From Nageia nagi (lineage: Eukaryota > Plantae > Pinophyta), in the NCBI GenBank assembly GCA_050084985.1, contig JBITNC010000001.1:98518001-98582000 (forward strand): 64,000 nucleotides of DNA. The letters are read 5' to 3'. The number at the start of each line of letters is the position of its first letter. The first letter of the stretch is position 1. Made by a program: the position numbers and the translations under genes. A model generated the notes under the pieces. The model was given only the letters and a program-made list of their open reading frames with translations. It ran no database searches and was not told the DNA's origin. Shown piece by piece: positions 1 through 13,527 of the stretch.

Positions 1-107
1 TTAAATGTAAAGTTTTGAGTTTGAATCTTAGTATGCCTCTTTTGCAGACAAAGTTTTTGACACTTGAATTTTTTTTCACGTTTTTTATAAACGTCTGACC
101 CTAACAT

Positions 108-410
108 TTATTACATTTTATATTGCAGGAAAAAAAATAGATTCCACCACATATGGAAGATTGTCAGATGTAGAGAAGATCTTTTTTTTCTACCTATAAA
201 GTTTATTACATTTCATATTGCAGGAAAAAAATAGATTCCACCACATATGGAATATTGTCAGATGTACAGAAAGTCGTTTTTTTCTACGAAATTTTTTTTC
301 ACATTTTTATAATAATGTTAAACATTTATCACATTAATAAACCTATGACATTTATTACGTTTCAGATTGTTGGAAAAAAAATAGATCCGACCACATATCT
401 GACATTGTCG
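108..410. repeat. Three degenerate direct repeats (~65-70 bp core) with variable spacing
   Basis: Core TTATTACATTT(T/C)ATATTGCAGGAAAAAAATAGATTCCACCACATATGGAA(G/T)ATTGTCAGATGTA at ~108 and ~203, with a more diverged copy at ~351. Confidence 0.8.
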
Positions 411-1289
411 AAAGGAGATTGTTGTTGTGGTAGTATAAACACGTCGGTGTTCTCCCACCCCCAAACGCGTGATGGCAATGAAAGTCAACTAAAGTTGAAG
501 ACATATTGAGCAGCGTAGAAAGTAAGATGCAGTTATATTTGATATAAGGAAAATGTGCATTGCTTGCTTCAAAACACCTTCCGGCCAAACACAGTCCACC
601 CAATGAATTTAGATTGAAGCTTTTATCACGCAAATGATCAAAGTTAGCAAAGTCTTTATCTACCGTGATCCGTAGTTGCGCACAGCCACCACAGTCATTA
701 ACCATCAGAAAAACCAACGCACTTGTAGTACACAATCCGTGGAGAAAAAGAAACTTCCACGGAAGAAAATGTGAAGTCTACAGATGTGCCTTGCCAGCGT
801 GAGGAGAAACTATGCAGAAGAGATGCGCGCCCTGCTACAAGGGTGTTTGGGGTTTACAACAAATGATTTATTTCCCAAGGTTATAAAAAAACCTTTGAAG
901 ATAAAATTATTTGCCAAATAAGTCGAAGCCAGTTGATAAATAGAAGTAGAAAACATATTTTCACTTAGCCTGTCAAGTTGACCCGACCAACAAAAGCAAG
1001 AGGGGACTAAAAAAATTTCCCAAGTTAAAAATTATTTGCTCACATTAGTCTACGGAGTGCACCACCCAAAGTAACTGTAAAATTATTGGTCACCTTGCTT
1101 TCTCAACTCAACTTGATTAAAGAAAATATTTATTGTAAAAAGGAAATATTTATTTTAAAAAAAAATCTAAGGCAAAGGCTAAGTTGGGAATCTTCAAAAA
1201 TTAACTAAGTCCTTAGTTGATTAAGGAGATAGAATATTTTTTGCCAACGGGTGATTGCATGTTCAAAGATTTTGCAAGATAAAAATAGC

Positions 1290-4200
1290 ATTGCCTATTA
1301 CTAAAATTTTGCTACCTGATTCACAAGTTTTGAAGGGTAGCAATTATGTTGTTTGGAAGATCAAGATCCAAGAAATTTTAGAATTTGAAGATTTATAGGA
1401 GATTATCATTGGACCCATAGGAGGTTGTCACTGGAATCGTATCCAATGATAATTGGTGAAAACCAAACAAAGTTTGATCAAAAAACAAAAAGCTTAAATA
1501 ATAATCTTACTTGGCATTTCAGATGATGTTCAACCGCATGTACAAGACTCCAAAAATGTTATCGCACCATGGAAGAAGTTTCAATAAGTGTTTGCATCCA
1601 AGAATCAAAATCAAATTCTACATTTGCAAGGATAGTTACACATACTGAAACTGAAAAAGTGGTGAAAAACTTAAGTTCTTCACAAAGTTGCAAAGCTTTG
1701 CACCCCCCTACTACCAGTAGGAGAGATGGTAGAAGATAAGATCCTTGTACTCATTAGCTTGAGAGAACTCTCAAGACATACCATATGTTTGAGACAACAC
1801 TTAATATCTGAAAGCAAACACCTCACTTTGAAGAGTCAGTAAACATGTTGCGACAAGAAGAAGCTTCTCATGTAACTTCAGATGAAGAGGAACAACTCAT
1901 GATGTCCAATCAAAGAGGCAAGAATCCCTTCCAACAGAAAGAAAAGGAAAAAAATTCAAATTGTGAAAGGTCCAACAACAAGCAAAAGAAGAGTTGTTTA
2001 ATTTGTGGAAAGAAAGGGCATGAATTAAAAGATTGTTGGTACAATTCTATTGTTCAAGATTCTTCGAGCAATAAGAATTCAAAACAAAATGGCCAAAATC
2101 CTAATAATTAGGGGGAGTGGAGAAATCGAAGACCTACGCCACAACGATAGTAATATAGCCATATTGTTAATCATACCCCACAAGAATAGGAGAAAAATTA
2201 AGATTTTACTTTTACTCAGCAAGCAAAACCATCAGTTACATCCACTTGGTACATTGATTCCAATGTTTCCAAGCACATGATGGTCGAAAAGATTGGATTC
2301 TTTCTTTGGATGAAAAATAATATCCTAGTCAAGTACATTTGGGTGATGAAACACCCTATGACATTAAAGGCAAAGGAGATGTTCAACCCCATCTTGGAAT
2401 GAACAACTATCAAATAAAGGGGTCTTGTATATGCTAGGTCTAACAAAGAACCTCTTGTTTGTAAGTCAAATGTTGGATAACAATATGGAGGAGGAGTTTG
2501 CTACCATGAAAGGTGAGAAGTAGAGATTGTCAAATTGTGGCAAAAGCTTCAACAGTTGGGAAGATGTTTCTGCTTAATGTTGAAACTTCCAACAATCAAA
2601 GCAATCAATGTTCATGTTGTGAATGTTACCACTCTATGGCACTGACAATTCGAATAAATGAATCACAATTACATCATCACTCTACAAAAGAGGAATATGG
2701 TATGTGGTCTCACATATCTTCCTTCTCCTACTAATGTTTGTTCTACTCACATAGCAAGGAAATACCATAGAATTCCATTCTAGGCTAGCACATTGCTACA
2801 AGACCTCTTGATGTGATTCATATCGATCTATGTGGACCCATGATAGCTAGTCACATTGGCTTTTGATACTTCCTGCTATTTGTTGGTGACTATTCCAAAA
2901 AGATAAGGGTGTATCTCTTTAAGACAAAGGGTGGAACTTTTTATTTTTTCAAGGAGTTCAAAGCTCGTGTCAAGAATGCCCCTAGTCGTCATATCCATGT
3001 TCTCCGCTCAGATCAAGGGGAAGAATACCTATCAAATGAGTTTTCTGCATTTTTGAAGCAACATGGAATTTGGTAAAATTAACCACACCTTACACACCAT
3101 AGAAAATGGAGTTTGGAAAAGATGAAATCGAACCAAAGGTTAAATGGCGAAAACTATGCTTAAAGATGTGAAGATTGAAGGACCATTTTGGGTTGAACTG
3201 ATAGATATTGCAATATATTTGCTTAATAGAGTACCTACTAAAAGCTCTTAAATGGATGAATCCTGAAGAAGCATGCATAGGAGTGAAACCATCTATCTCT
3301 CATCTTTGAGTACTTAGTTGCATTGCCTACATGCACATTCCCAAATAGCAAAGAAAGAAGTTTGATAAAAACTATGTGAGGTGCATCTTCCAGGATATAG
3401 TAGTGAATCTGAAGGGTACAAACTCATGGATCCTACTACTCGAAAGATATATACAAGCAAAGATGTCATTTTTTATGAGACTAGTGATTCTTCAACTGGT
3501 CCACTTGCAACACCAGCTAATCCTCATAGTGGTTCCAAAATCAACCATGATGATGAGGATGATGATAGAGTAGTTTCAGTTGTGAACTTGCTACATGATA
3601 ACTTTAAAAGACCAAAATGGTACCAGAAGACATTGCATGATTCACACTTGAGTGCTCCACCTAGACACTTCTACATCCAAACTAAGGACACAGCATGCCT
3701 CCTAAGGAAGTGAATTTGACATTGTTGAGCACAATGTTGAATACAATTGAACTTAAAGTGATTCATAAAACCCTTCAACTACCACATTGGAAATCAACCA
3801 TAGAGGCTGAGTATAATGCATTGATGAAAATGGCACATGGAAGCTAGTACAAATCCCTCCTGATAAGAAGGCCATTGGGTGCAAATGGGTGTTCAAAATA
3901 AAGTACAAGCCTAATGGAACACTCAACAAGCATAAGGCCTAATTAGTTGCCAAAGGATATGCATAAGAGGAGGTATCAACTATAAGGAGACATTTGCTCC
4001 TATATTAAAGATAAAGATCATCAAAATTGCTTTTGCAATGGTTTCTCAATTTCGCTAGAAAGTCCACTAGATGGATGTGAAAAGCGCCTTCCTAAACAGA
4101 GACTTAGAGGAGGAAGTCTTTATGCAATAGCCTGAGGGGTTTGTTGTCGATCTAGGTAAAGGAAAGGTATGTATTTTGATCAAGTCTTTGTATGGTTTGA

Positions 4201-5287
4201 AATACGCTCCAAGAGCTTGGTACATTGAAATTGATGAATACTTACTACAACATGGTTTTGTTCGAAGCCCATATGATCCTAATTTACCTTCAACAACATG
4301 GGGGGAGATAGCCATAGGTGTAGTATACTTCAATGATTTGGTCATCATGATGAGTATTGAGGAGTTGATCTTATCTTGCAAAATGATATCAAAAGATCAT
4401 TTGACATGACTGATATTGATTTACTTCACTATTGCCTTGAATTGGAGGTTTAGAAAATGTAGGATCTAATATTTGTTTCAGAGATGAAGTACACTAAGAG
4501 TTTGCATGAGAAATTCAAGATGACAAGTTGTCAATCGATTTCCACACCAATTGAACTTGGTTTATATTTTTCATTACAAAACAGTTCTCTACTAGTAAAT
4601 GCAACACTTTACTGTACACTGATTGGAGGGTTAATTTACCTTGCATGTACCAACTCATATATTTGTTATGTTGTTAGCTTTCATTTTAGGTTTATGCATG
4701 AACCAAAGAAAGCACATTAGCCAACAGCTAAACATGTATTGAGATACATTCATGATACCGAAAGATATTGCCTGGAGTATAAGAAGAATGATAAGTTCTT
4801 CTTGAGCGAATACATGGATGCAAATTATGGAGGATCCTTGGATGATAGGATATCAACAACAGGATATGTGCTCTTCCTTGGATCTAGACAAATTACTTTG
4901 GGTAGCAAGCAAGAAAGCATCGCATCCAAGTCTACCATAGAGTCAAAATATCGTTCTGCTATATATGATGTTTATGAAATAATATGGTTACATCGCATTT
5001 CATCAATATTGGAATACCATATAATCATCCTACCATTCTACATTCCAATAATTAGGATGTATAGAAAGTTGATCTAAACCCTATTTTTCATGAGCACATC
5101 AAACATATTGAGATATAGATGTACTTCATTCAAGATATATTTAATTACACAACATTCAACTATGATACATTTCCACAAGAGAGTAAGTTGCAAATGTATT
5201 CACCAACTTTCTTGACTGTCGAACGTTTGAATACTTTTGGAGCTTCTTCTCTTGTTCTTTAAGGACCTAATGTATTATGAGAGGGAA
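1290..5287 (+). mobile_element. Decayed Ty1/copia internal region (gag-PR-INT-RT-RNaseH)
   Basis: Gag LKGSNYVVWKIKI, zinc knuckle CLICGKKGHELKDC, protease WYIDSN, integrase remnants, RT KSLYGLKYAPRAWY, RNaseH STTGYVLFLG. Many stops and frameshifts. Purine tract GAGAGGGAA at 5279-5287 is followed by TGT. Confidence 0.9.
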
Positions 5288-5470
5288 TGTTACAATAATA
5301 CATTAGATACTTAGATATTAGGTATCTAGAGTAAAATAAATATTAAAACTAGCAAATACATTAACTAAGGATAGTTAATGTTAGTTTAAATAGTAATACA
5401 TGGGAACATTAAAATAATAGTATAGTACAAGGTGACCAAACCGTTCTGCTAAAAGTGCAAGGGGGATGTC
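5288..5470 (+). repeat. Truncated 3' LTR of the first copia element
   Basis: Starts TGTTACAAT directly after the PPT and is cut off by gypsy integrase sequence at ~5470. Right boundary approximate. Confidence 0.5.
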
Positions 5471-6159
5471 AATAATTTGCATATAATAGCTCGATGAATA
5501 GGTCAACAAGTAAATCCCCTTCTCAAATTCTTTATGGTCAAAATCCTAGACATGTATTAGATTTGGTTAAGTTACTAATGGGGAAACAAGTTAGTGATGA
5601 TGCAAAAACATTTACTGAGCATATCCAAAAAGTGCAAGAGTCAATGAAAGAAAAATTACATAGTACTAATGCTCACTACAAAGAATCTATTGATGCACAC
5701 ATAAGGGTGAAAGTGTTTGAAGAGGGTGATATGGTCATGGTTCATCTTGGGAATGAAAGATTTCCTAAGGGGACGTATAACAAACTGAAACTTAAGAAAA
5801 ATTGGGCCCTATAGGATTTTGAAAAAGATCAATGATAATGCTTATATAGTAAAGCTTTATTAATGTTTTTTATTTATTTTAGTATCTTGGAACTACTAAG
5901 GATGGTGAATTACAAGAGACAGTAAATTGGGCATGACAAATACCTAAGAAGAAAAAAACAAAGTTGCACAAATGCTTGATAAGGTGATCACCACCAGACA
6001 TGGGAGCTACAAAGATACCTAATTTAGTGAAAATGATTACCACAGTTAGATTAACACTTGGGTTTTAGAGTCAAAGGTACGAAAAATTGATAACCAAAAG
6101 CTTCGGGATTTCAATTTAGTTAAACTCGTAGAACCGAGCTCTTTTTCACCAGAGGAGAA
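5470..6159 (+). mobile_element. Ty3/gypsy chromovirus (CRM-like) integrase C-terminal fragment
   Basis: AYNSSMNRSTSKSPSQILYG..., KLKLKK.GP..ILKKINDNAY. The frame runs ...SSFSPEENDA across the PPT (AGAGGAGAA) into the LTR, an arrangement typical of CRM elements. Confidence 0.8.
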
Positions 6160-6692
6160 TGATGCACCTTGTCGAAGCCATAACATTTAACCATTTTGTT
6201 TGTTTGCCTTGAAATTTAAAATGTGATTCCATATGCGTGTCCTCCATCAGGCTAATCTTTGATTCGTCAAACCTTTACAAAATATTTTCGAGACCTAATT
6301 CTTGCATCTAGGGTCCCAAAATTAGCTTTTACATTATGTTCCCATGTTCTTTGGGTTTTTTCAACGTTAGAACTTTAATATCTTTTGTTATACATTAAGT
6401 TGAGTCTTGATATTTTAAATTAAGGTTTATTATTAGTAGAGGGATATGTACAATGAATTTTGGCATTCTGACTCATTTCTAATTTTACTTGTTTTCAGAA
6501 AAAGACGTTTTTAAGGTTTCTTTAGGGTTCCTTTGGTTTTCGGTAGCTATATGATGGATTGTATTCTCTTGGAGAAGTAGTGTGAATTCAAGAATGAGAA
6601 GAATATTGTTTTATAGGTTTCTTCCATTATATTGCATTTGTATTATGTTATTGGAGTCATTTTGCTCGTCTCTTGTAGCTTAATTTACATCA
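6160..6692 (+). repeat. 3' LTR (533 bp) of the CRM-like element
   Basis: Begins TGATG right after the PPT and ends CATCA. TGATG...CATCA termini are characteristic of CRM LTRs. Confidence 0.75.
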
Positions 6693-6699
6693 CAAATCC

Positions 6700-9600
6700 A
6701 ACATCAAACTTGAAGATGACAACTCTTTAGAGGCGATTACCAAATGTGTAATGGAGGTGAACACGAGAAGATTAGAAAAAGGCTTATGACATCTATTACA
6801 CACTAAATTTGACACATAATCGTTTATTTTATGGCATCTTTGTGAAAAGTCTAACAAGATAGTGTTTGAATATAAGTAGTGCATTATTTATGATAAGAGA
6901 AAAGAAAACAAGATTGTTACTACAATTAATATGACCAATAACAAATTATTTCCTTAGAAGTTTAGAGGACAAGGGGTAGTCATGCTAATGTTGTTGTTGA
7001 AAACAAGAGTTGGAGTGGAATCTCAAGTATCGTCATCTAAATTTTGCAACTTTGAGAATGCTAACATCTCAAGACATTGTTTATGGTTTGCAAATATGGA
7101 GGAGCATAAAGGTGTTTGTGAGGGTTGAACATTGGATAAAAATGTTATACAAAATTTCCTAAAAGGAAGGCATGGGAGGGCATCATACCCACTTCAATTC
7201 ATTCATTTTGATATTTGTTGACCAATGTAAACCATGAGCTTGGGTAAGAATTCTTATTTTCTTACTTTTACAGATGATACTCTGGAATGTGTTGGGTTTA
7301 TTTCCTCAAGCTTAAGGATGAAGAATTTAATTGTTTCAAAGAATTTGAAAATCTTCTTGAGAATCAATGTGGTTGCAACATTACCTGCTTAGGACTGGTC
7401 ATGGTGGTGAGTTTTGCTCTTATGAGTTTTTCCAATTTGGCAAAGATAATGGCATTAAAGCCAACTCACCATTGTCTATACTCCACCATAGAATGGAGTA
7501 GCAAAGAGGAAGAACATGACAATTGTGGAGATGGCCAACAATATGTTGAAAACTAAGGGGCTGAAGAAGTAATACTAGGTTGACGAAGTCCAAACAACAA
7601 TGTACATTTTCAACATGAAACCTAATAAAACATTGCAGAAGGTGACTCCCTATGAAGCTTGATATGAAAAGAAGCCTAATGTTAACCACTTCAAATTTTT
7701 TATTAGTTTGGCTTATGCTCATGTGGTTGATGAACTTAGTAAGAAGCTTGATCCTAAGAGTGAAGAATGTATTTTTATTGGTTATTGTGAAAGTAGTAAA
7801 ACCTATAGGCTTTATAACCCAAAAACTCATAAACTTTTGGTCTCGAGAAAAATGTTATTTTTGATGGAGGGGGAGTATATGTTCCTCAAAAACTTTATGT
7901 TGATGATGGAAATAGAAGTGGAAGTTTTTGAAAAGTGCAACCTTGTATGCAGCTTAGTTTACACATAGTTCAACCAAGTCTACTAAACAACCCTTCAAAC
8001 AAACCTAAACAAAGCACTTCAAGTTCCTCTTCAAGTGATGATTCTCCAAATATATTTTCAGATGTGATAAAGATAAAAATGGGGGGGGGGAAGGAACTTC
8101 AAATTCATCCTCCTGCTCAAGTTTTGGATATCAATTTATATAAAAGACTTACTAGAGATCAAGCTCAAGAAATTGACCAAGTTGTTCAAAGGCTTAAGAA
8201 GATGCACATTAACGGTGATGAAGATGAAGGTGAGCAAAAGGTGATGTTGTTAATTATGCATTGATGATTGTTGCTAATTTACAACCTTCATGCTTTCAAA
8301 AAGTTTGTTCTAATGATATTTGGATGCAGGCAATGAAAGAAATGTGTGGGATTCAAATGAATTTATAATACTAAATATAATAGTGATTGCAACATTTAGA
8401 GACATAATGCTAGGCTTGTGGCTAAAAATCTCACACAAAGGTATGGAATTGATTATGAAGAAACTTTTGCACCTATAGCTAGGAAAGAGACTGAGAATGG
8501 TTCTTTCCTTGACTGCTAAAAACAATTGTATTGTATACCACTTAAATGTAAAAAGTGCTTTTATAAACTGGGTATTTAGATGAATAAGTGTATGTATAGC
8601 AACCTCGGGTTGTTGAGGTTAAAGGAAAGAAAAACATATTTACAAGTTGAAAAAGGCTTTGTATGGTCTTAAGTAGGCCCCAAGAGCCTGGTATTCTTTG
8701 ATTGATGGATACTTTCACAAGAGTGGCTTCAAGAAAAGCAAAAGTGAACCTACTTTATACATCAAGAAAGAAGATGATAATTTGCTTGTTTGTTTGTATA
8801 TTGATAACTTGATTTATGAGTAGAAATTTCAAGTTGAAAGATAATTTTAAGGTTGTCATGATGAGTGAGTTTGAGGTGAAGGATTTAGGATTGATACATT
8901 GCTTTCTTGAAATAAAGGTGCACCAAAAAAAAAGAAAAAAATCCATTTATCAAACCAAATATACCAAATACATGTTGAAGAAAAATGACGTGGATAGTTG
9001 CAAACCAATCTCTACTCCCATTGCACAAAATGAGTAGTTATGTAAAGATGATGGGGCTAAAAATGTGAATGTGACAAATTATAGGAGGATAATTGGGGTC
9101 TTGATGTTTCTCACAAATACCATACCAAATATTACACATGTTGTCTCAGTTGTGTCTATATATATAAGTGAGCCATCTACTTTACATTTGAAAGCTACTA
9201 AGAGAATTTTAAGGTATGTTAAAGGTATTGTTAACTTTAGCATAAATTATTTTCCTAGTAAAGAGGTGAACCTATTTGGCTTCAGTGATTCAAATTGGGT
9301 CAACAATTTGAATGATCGAAAGTCTACATTTAGTAATTGTTTTTCTCTTGGATATGGACTGATTACTTAAAGTTCAAGGAAACAAAGATTGGTAGCTTTA
9401 TCTTCTACTGAGGTAGAGTTCATTGCAATTATAGCAATTATTGGTCAAGCCTTATGGCTCAGGAAAATGTTAAAGAAGATAGGTGAGAAATAAAGTGGTC
9501 ACACTATAATTTTATGTGACAACATGAATGTCATTTAGTTGAAAAATAATATTGTCCATCATAGCAAGTCTAAGCATTTTGACATAAAGCATTATTTCAT

Positions 9601-9751
9601 TCGTGATATGGCAAAAAAGAAATAGGTTGGATTGCGATATTGCAACATCCATGATCAACTAGTTGTCATATTTACTAAAGTTATGGCTAAAACTTAATTT
9701 ATGAAGTTGAGAAACTCAATTGTAAGCCACTTTCAATATAAAGAGGGAGAA
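6700..9751 (+). mobile_element. Decayed Ty1/copia pol (INT-RT-RNaseH)
   Basis: CWVYFLKLKDE, AYAHVVDELSKKLDPKSEECIFIGY, MMSEFEVKDLG, HLKATKRILRYVKG, FSDSNW..DRKST. PPT AAGAGGGAGAA at 9741-9751. Confidence 0.9.
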
Positions 9752-10090
9752 TGTTGGAATATGATGTTAACCATTTGCTATTTCCAAATCAGCAAAATGA
9801 ATTTGTCCATCATTTTGCAATCATAAAATCAAAGAATATATAGTTGTAGGAATATTTTCATTTGTAATAATTGTAAATTGTTATTCTTTACATAACAACT
9901 TTAGAATCTTTGTATTAGGGTAGAATAAAGTAAAATAATCTCATTGTAACAATTCCGTAACGAATTGAAATAGAATGCAATAGAGAGAAACTTTTTCTCA
10001 AGTTGGTGTGAAGTTGTTTTCTATGTAGTACAATTTTTCTACCAAAAACTTTGTAATCTCTCAAAGCTTATAATTTTAATTACAAAGCTC
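9752..10090 (+). repeat. 3' LTR of the second copia element
   Basis: TGTTGGAATATG directly after the PPT. Right end uncertain. Confidence 0.55.
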
Positions 10091-10099
10091 AACTTTGTA

Positions 10100-11150
10100 T
10101 GGATATTGCATCATTGGCAAGCTTATTTTAATTTTTTTCTAATGATATATACTATGTCAATACTTCTTTTGAAAATCATCATCACACCTACCATTTTTCA
10201 CCAAACTATCCCATTGTCATTTCTAGAATTGCTAACAATAGGGTCTAATGTCACCATAAATCGCCAAAGTTTTATTAATCCATTTGCATATTGTCATATA
10301 CAATTAAAAAGACCTTCTCAAGACCTTTCTTATGATAGATAAGATTATACTTTCTTTGAGAATCACCATAGCTACATCCCTTCCTTTGTTTCGAATTTAT
10401 GTTGTGTAGTGTTATGAAAATGCTACCAATAATGTCTTATGTCACCACGATTCACGAGATTTGTAGCTCCTTTTGCTAATTATCATACAACGTTAGAAAG
10501 CTCTTTTAAAACCTTTCCAAACATATATACAACCTCACTGTTTTTCTTAAGTTTGTCACAAATTCACCATATTATGAATTGTCAATTTGATCATTTTGTT
10601 TTGTTTGGCAACTTTGCTTCGTTTTTTTATGATTTTGATCATTTCTTCGTTTATCAAACTAAAATATTCTTAGAATTACAAATTCTTTTATTCTCCAGTT
10701 ACAAAATGAGGGACAAATTTGTTTTGTTGATTTGGAAATACCACATGGTCAACATTATATTCCAACAAGAAGGCGTATAAGGGAAAGCATCCTATGGAAC
10801 ATAGTATGAATTGCATCATGATTATGGCATGAATTGAGTAGAAGGATGTGTAGATGTATATGTGAAATATAAGATGAAAAATGGAGCATTGCCTAGTGTG
10901 AATTATGTAGTATCATATTGCATCTAGACTTGGAATGCATATAATTTCATTATAAAAATGTAAAACTGCATGTTGATCGTTAATAAAATTATTTATTGCT
11001 CAACAACAATGATGCTTATGAATTTAATTTATATGGATATTTTCCATATAAATGTTCCCACATTTATCAAATAAGTGTTCTCATTATTCATGAATGAAGT
11101 TTATGTACATGTTTTTCTTTGTTTTGTGTATAATGGCAAAATTGGATGTA
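10100..11150 (+). pseudogene. Possible highly decayed hAT transposase remnant (may continue at ~17930-18350)
   Basis: Weak motif order PFAYCHIQL..DL / ENHH / SPRFTRFVAPF resembles the hAT CxxHxxxL...NH...PxxTRFA pattern. Confidence 0.3.
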
Positions 11151-11499
11151 CATGTGCCCGCACAATACACCCCAAGATGCAACATTTTGGGGATTCTACT
11201 TTACTTTTGAAGGAAATGGACGACATTGCTTAAAGATGACTAGACGACGGTTGTGTGATGTAGCGGTGCACACAAGTACCCCCAAAGGCACCGAGGCAAT
11301 TCCGCACGTCCAAAGGCCATTCAGGGCCTGGTTTCAAGCGACATCAAATAGGAGGCAATTTTGGATCATAGCAGCAACTAAGAAGGGAGATTTACACAAA
11401 GCAACTAACAGAGCGGAAAAAGATGCATTTTTACAGAGATTGAACTCATAAGTGCCTAGTGCAACAGAAAGGTGCATTTATGCAAAATTTGAGAGCTAA

Positions 11500-12700
11500 G
11501 GTACCCAATTCACAAAAATTAACGTTTTTTGTCAACTTACAGTCTGGGTGCCTTGAAACTGACAAGGATGACAAAGATGGACGTTTTTGTCAAAGTTGAC
11601 ACCTAAAGGCTACAAAAGGGCAAGGAAGGTAAAAAAAGTGCATTATGGTCTCATTTGGGCTCAGAAATGGTCAATATGGTAAAAAAAGGTGCGTTTTGCA
11701 CGATTTGAGTCTAAAAAGCTCGAAAATGATCAAAAGTGACTGGTTGAGACAAGAATAGCCAGAAATGCTCAAAAATGTTGGAAATGTCGCAAAAGGTCAT
11801 TTTTCATGCTAAGGGCCCAGAAATGTCGAAAATGGGCAAGATTGGATACTTTGAGCCTAGAAGTGCTGAAAATGATGGAAAATGACAACTTTGAGCCTAG
11901 AAAGACAGAAATGGTCGTTTTTGCATCGTTTGAGCTCGAAAATCATCGAAAATGCAAAGTTTGAGCTCGAAGGTGCTGGAAAGGGCATTTTGATCGAGTT
12001 TGAGCTCAAAAACATCGAGAGTGGTCAAAAATGCAAAGATTGAGTCCAGAATGGTTCGAAAATGCAAGTTTGAGTAGTTTTTACCCCAAGCACATTTTCC
12101 CAAGGTATTGAAGATCCAAGTAAGGGGAAAATGGTGCTTGTTTCTCATAGATAAATACAAATAGCATCCGAAATCGAGTTTAATAACGTATTCGGAGAGA
12201 TAAGGTGAATTCTATCATGTTTAAGACTCAAAATTTTTGATTTTGACCAAGTCTAAGGCACTCTAAGGCTAGGTGCAGTTTTTCAAGCCTATGGGAAATC
12301 CATAAAAGTGCATTTTGGTGCCTAGGAAGTGGAGAAAAAAATGAAAATCCATCAAAATAATATCTAAATGTATGAATGAGTGGAAAAGATGGTTCTAAGC
12401 CACATAAGGTCTCGAAATTTTTGATTTTCAGTAAGTAAAGACCCCTAGAATGTTAAACGCAAGTTTCCAAGTTTTTCTAATTCCAATAGGATGAAAAATG
12501 GCACCTAGAATGACAAGATGAAAAGTTTTTTGACCAAAAATCAAGTTTAAGTGCTTGGGACAAAGGAAAACATGATTGTAAGCACATTTAGGTCTCAAAT
12601 GTTTTTATTTTGAGCACATTTAGGCACCTTAAAGGCTAGGCGTAAGTTTTGAGAGCTATGGAAATCCTATGGAGTGTTTAAAGACTCTAAAAACTTAAAA
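11500..12700. repeat. Degenerate short (~35 bp) repeats followed by three ~184-bp repeats in the U3-like region
   Basis: TTTGAGCTC-N-AAAA...TCGAAAATG motif recurs at 11650-12080. AAGGTCTC-AAATTTTTGATTTT units at ~12215, ~12400 and ~12585. Confidence 0.6.
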
Positions 12701-12776
12701 AACTATGCAAAATGCACCCCTAAAGCACTTTTTAGGTCAAAAATCCACTAAAGAGCATGCAAAAGGCAAAAAAAAC

Positions 12777-12784
12777 TATAAATA
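12777..12784 (+). promoter_or_regulatory. TATA box upstream of the LTR-embedded ORF
   Basis: CTATAAATAACCCC followed by a pyrimidine-rich leader, a donor A|GTAAGC (~12912) and an acceptor CTTACTCCACAG (13518) 9 nt before the ATG. Confidence 0.55.
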
Positions 12785-13527
12785 ACCCCAAAGCCTCTCA
12801 TTTGCTTCACAAACACTCTCCTTGAGCCTCCATGCACTCATTTTTGAGCAAAATTCTCACAAAACCTCATAAAATTGCTCAAAAACTTCAAATTTGCTCA
12901 CAAGATCCAAAGTAAGCTAAAACCTTGACAAAAATTTCAAGGATCTTAGAATTCCATCCTCTATCCACCCAATAGGTTAAATCCACTTTTGAAACATTTT
13001 CAAAATTTTAAAACCCCTATCTTTTGGCCATTTTCAAGTTTTTTGAAAAAAAGTGAAAAAACACAAAAAACACTTTTTCAAGACCTAAAAGCTCCAATAT
13101 ATTGAGTGATCCAAACATTGAAGTGAATACCAATGTGATAGACCCCATATAGGAGAGCAACCTCCATCATTCACTTCCCCCGAATGAAGCTTGAAAACCC
13201 ACTTTGCATCCCTATCTTTTCAAGCTTCGAAGCTGCAAAAACCTATCAAAAAATGAATACATATGCTAAAAAAATAGTGAGTTAATTCGAACCCCAAAAA
13301 CTCCAAATTTTTCTTTGAGACCTGATTACAAGCCTCCTAGATTTATTTGCCAACATCCCATAAATTTATTTTCCAATTTTGATGAACTTCAAAATTCTCA
13401 AAAATCCACAGCTTCTAAAAAAACCAAAAAAAGCCAAAATTTTGATTACCTCTTTTTTGCTCCAAAGTCGCTCTAGAGATACCCAGTATCACTCCTAACA
13501 CCTTGTCTTACTCCACAGGTTTGAATC

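Noticed and set aside
355-735. 126-aa minus-strand ORF as a gene
   Set aside because: Non-ATG start, runs into the tandem repeats, and has no recognisable motif.
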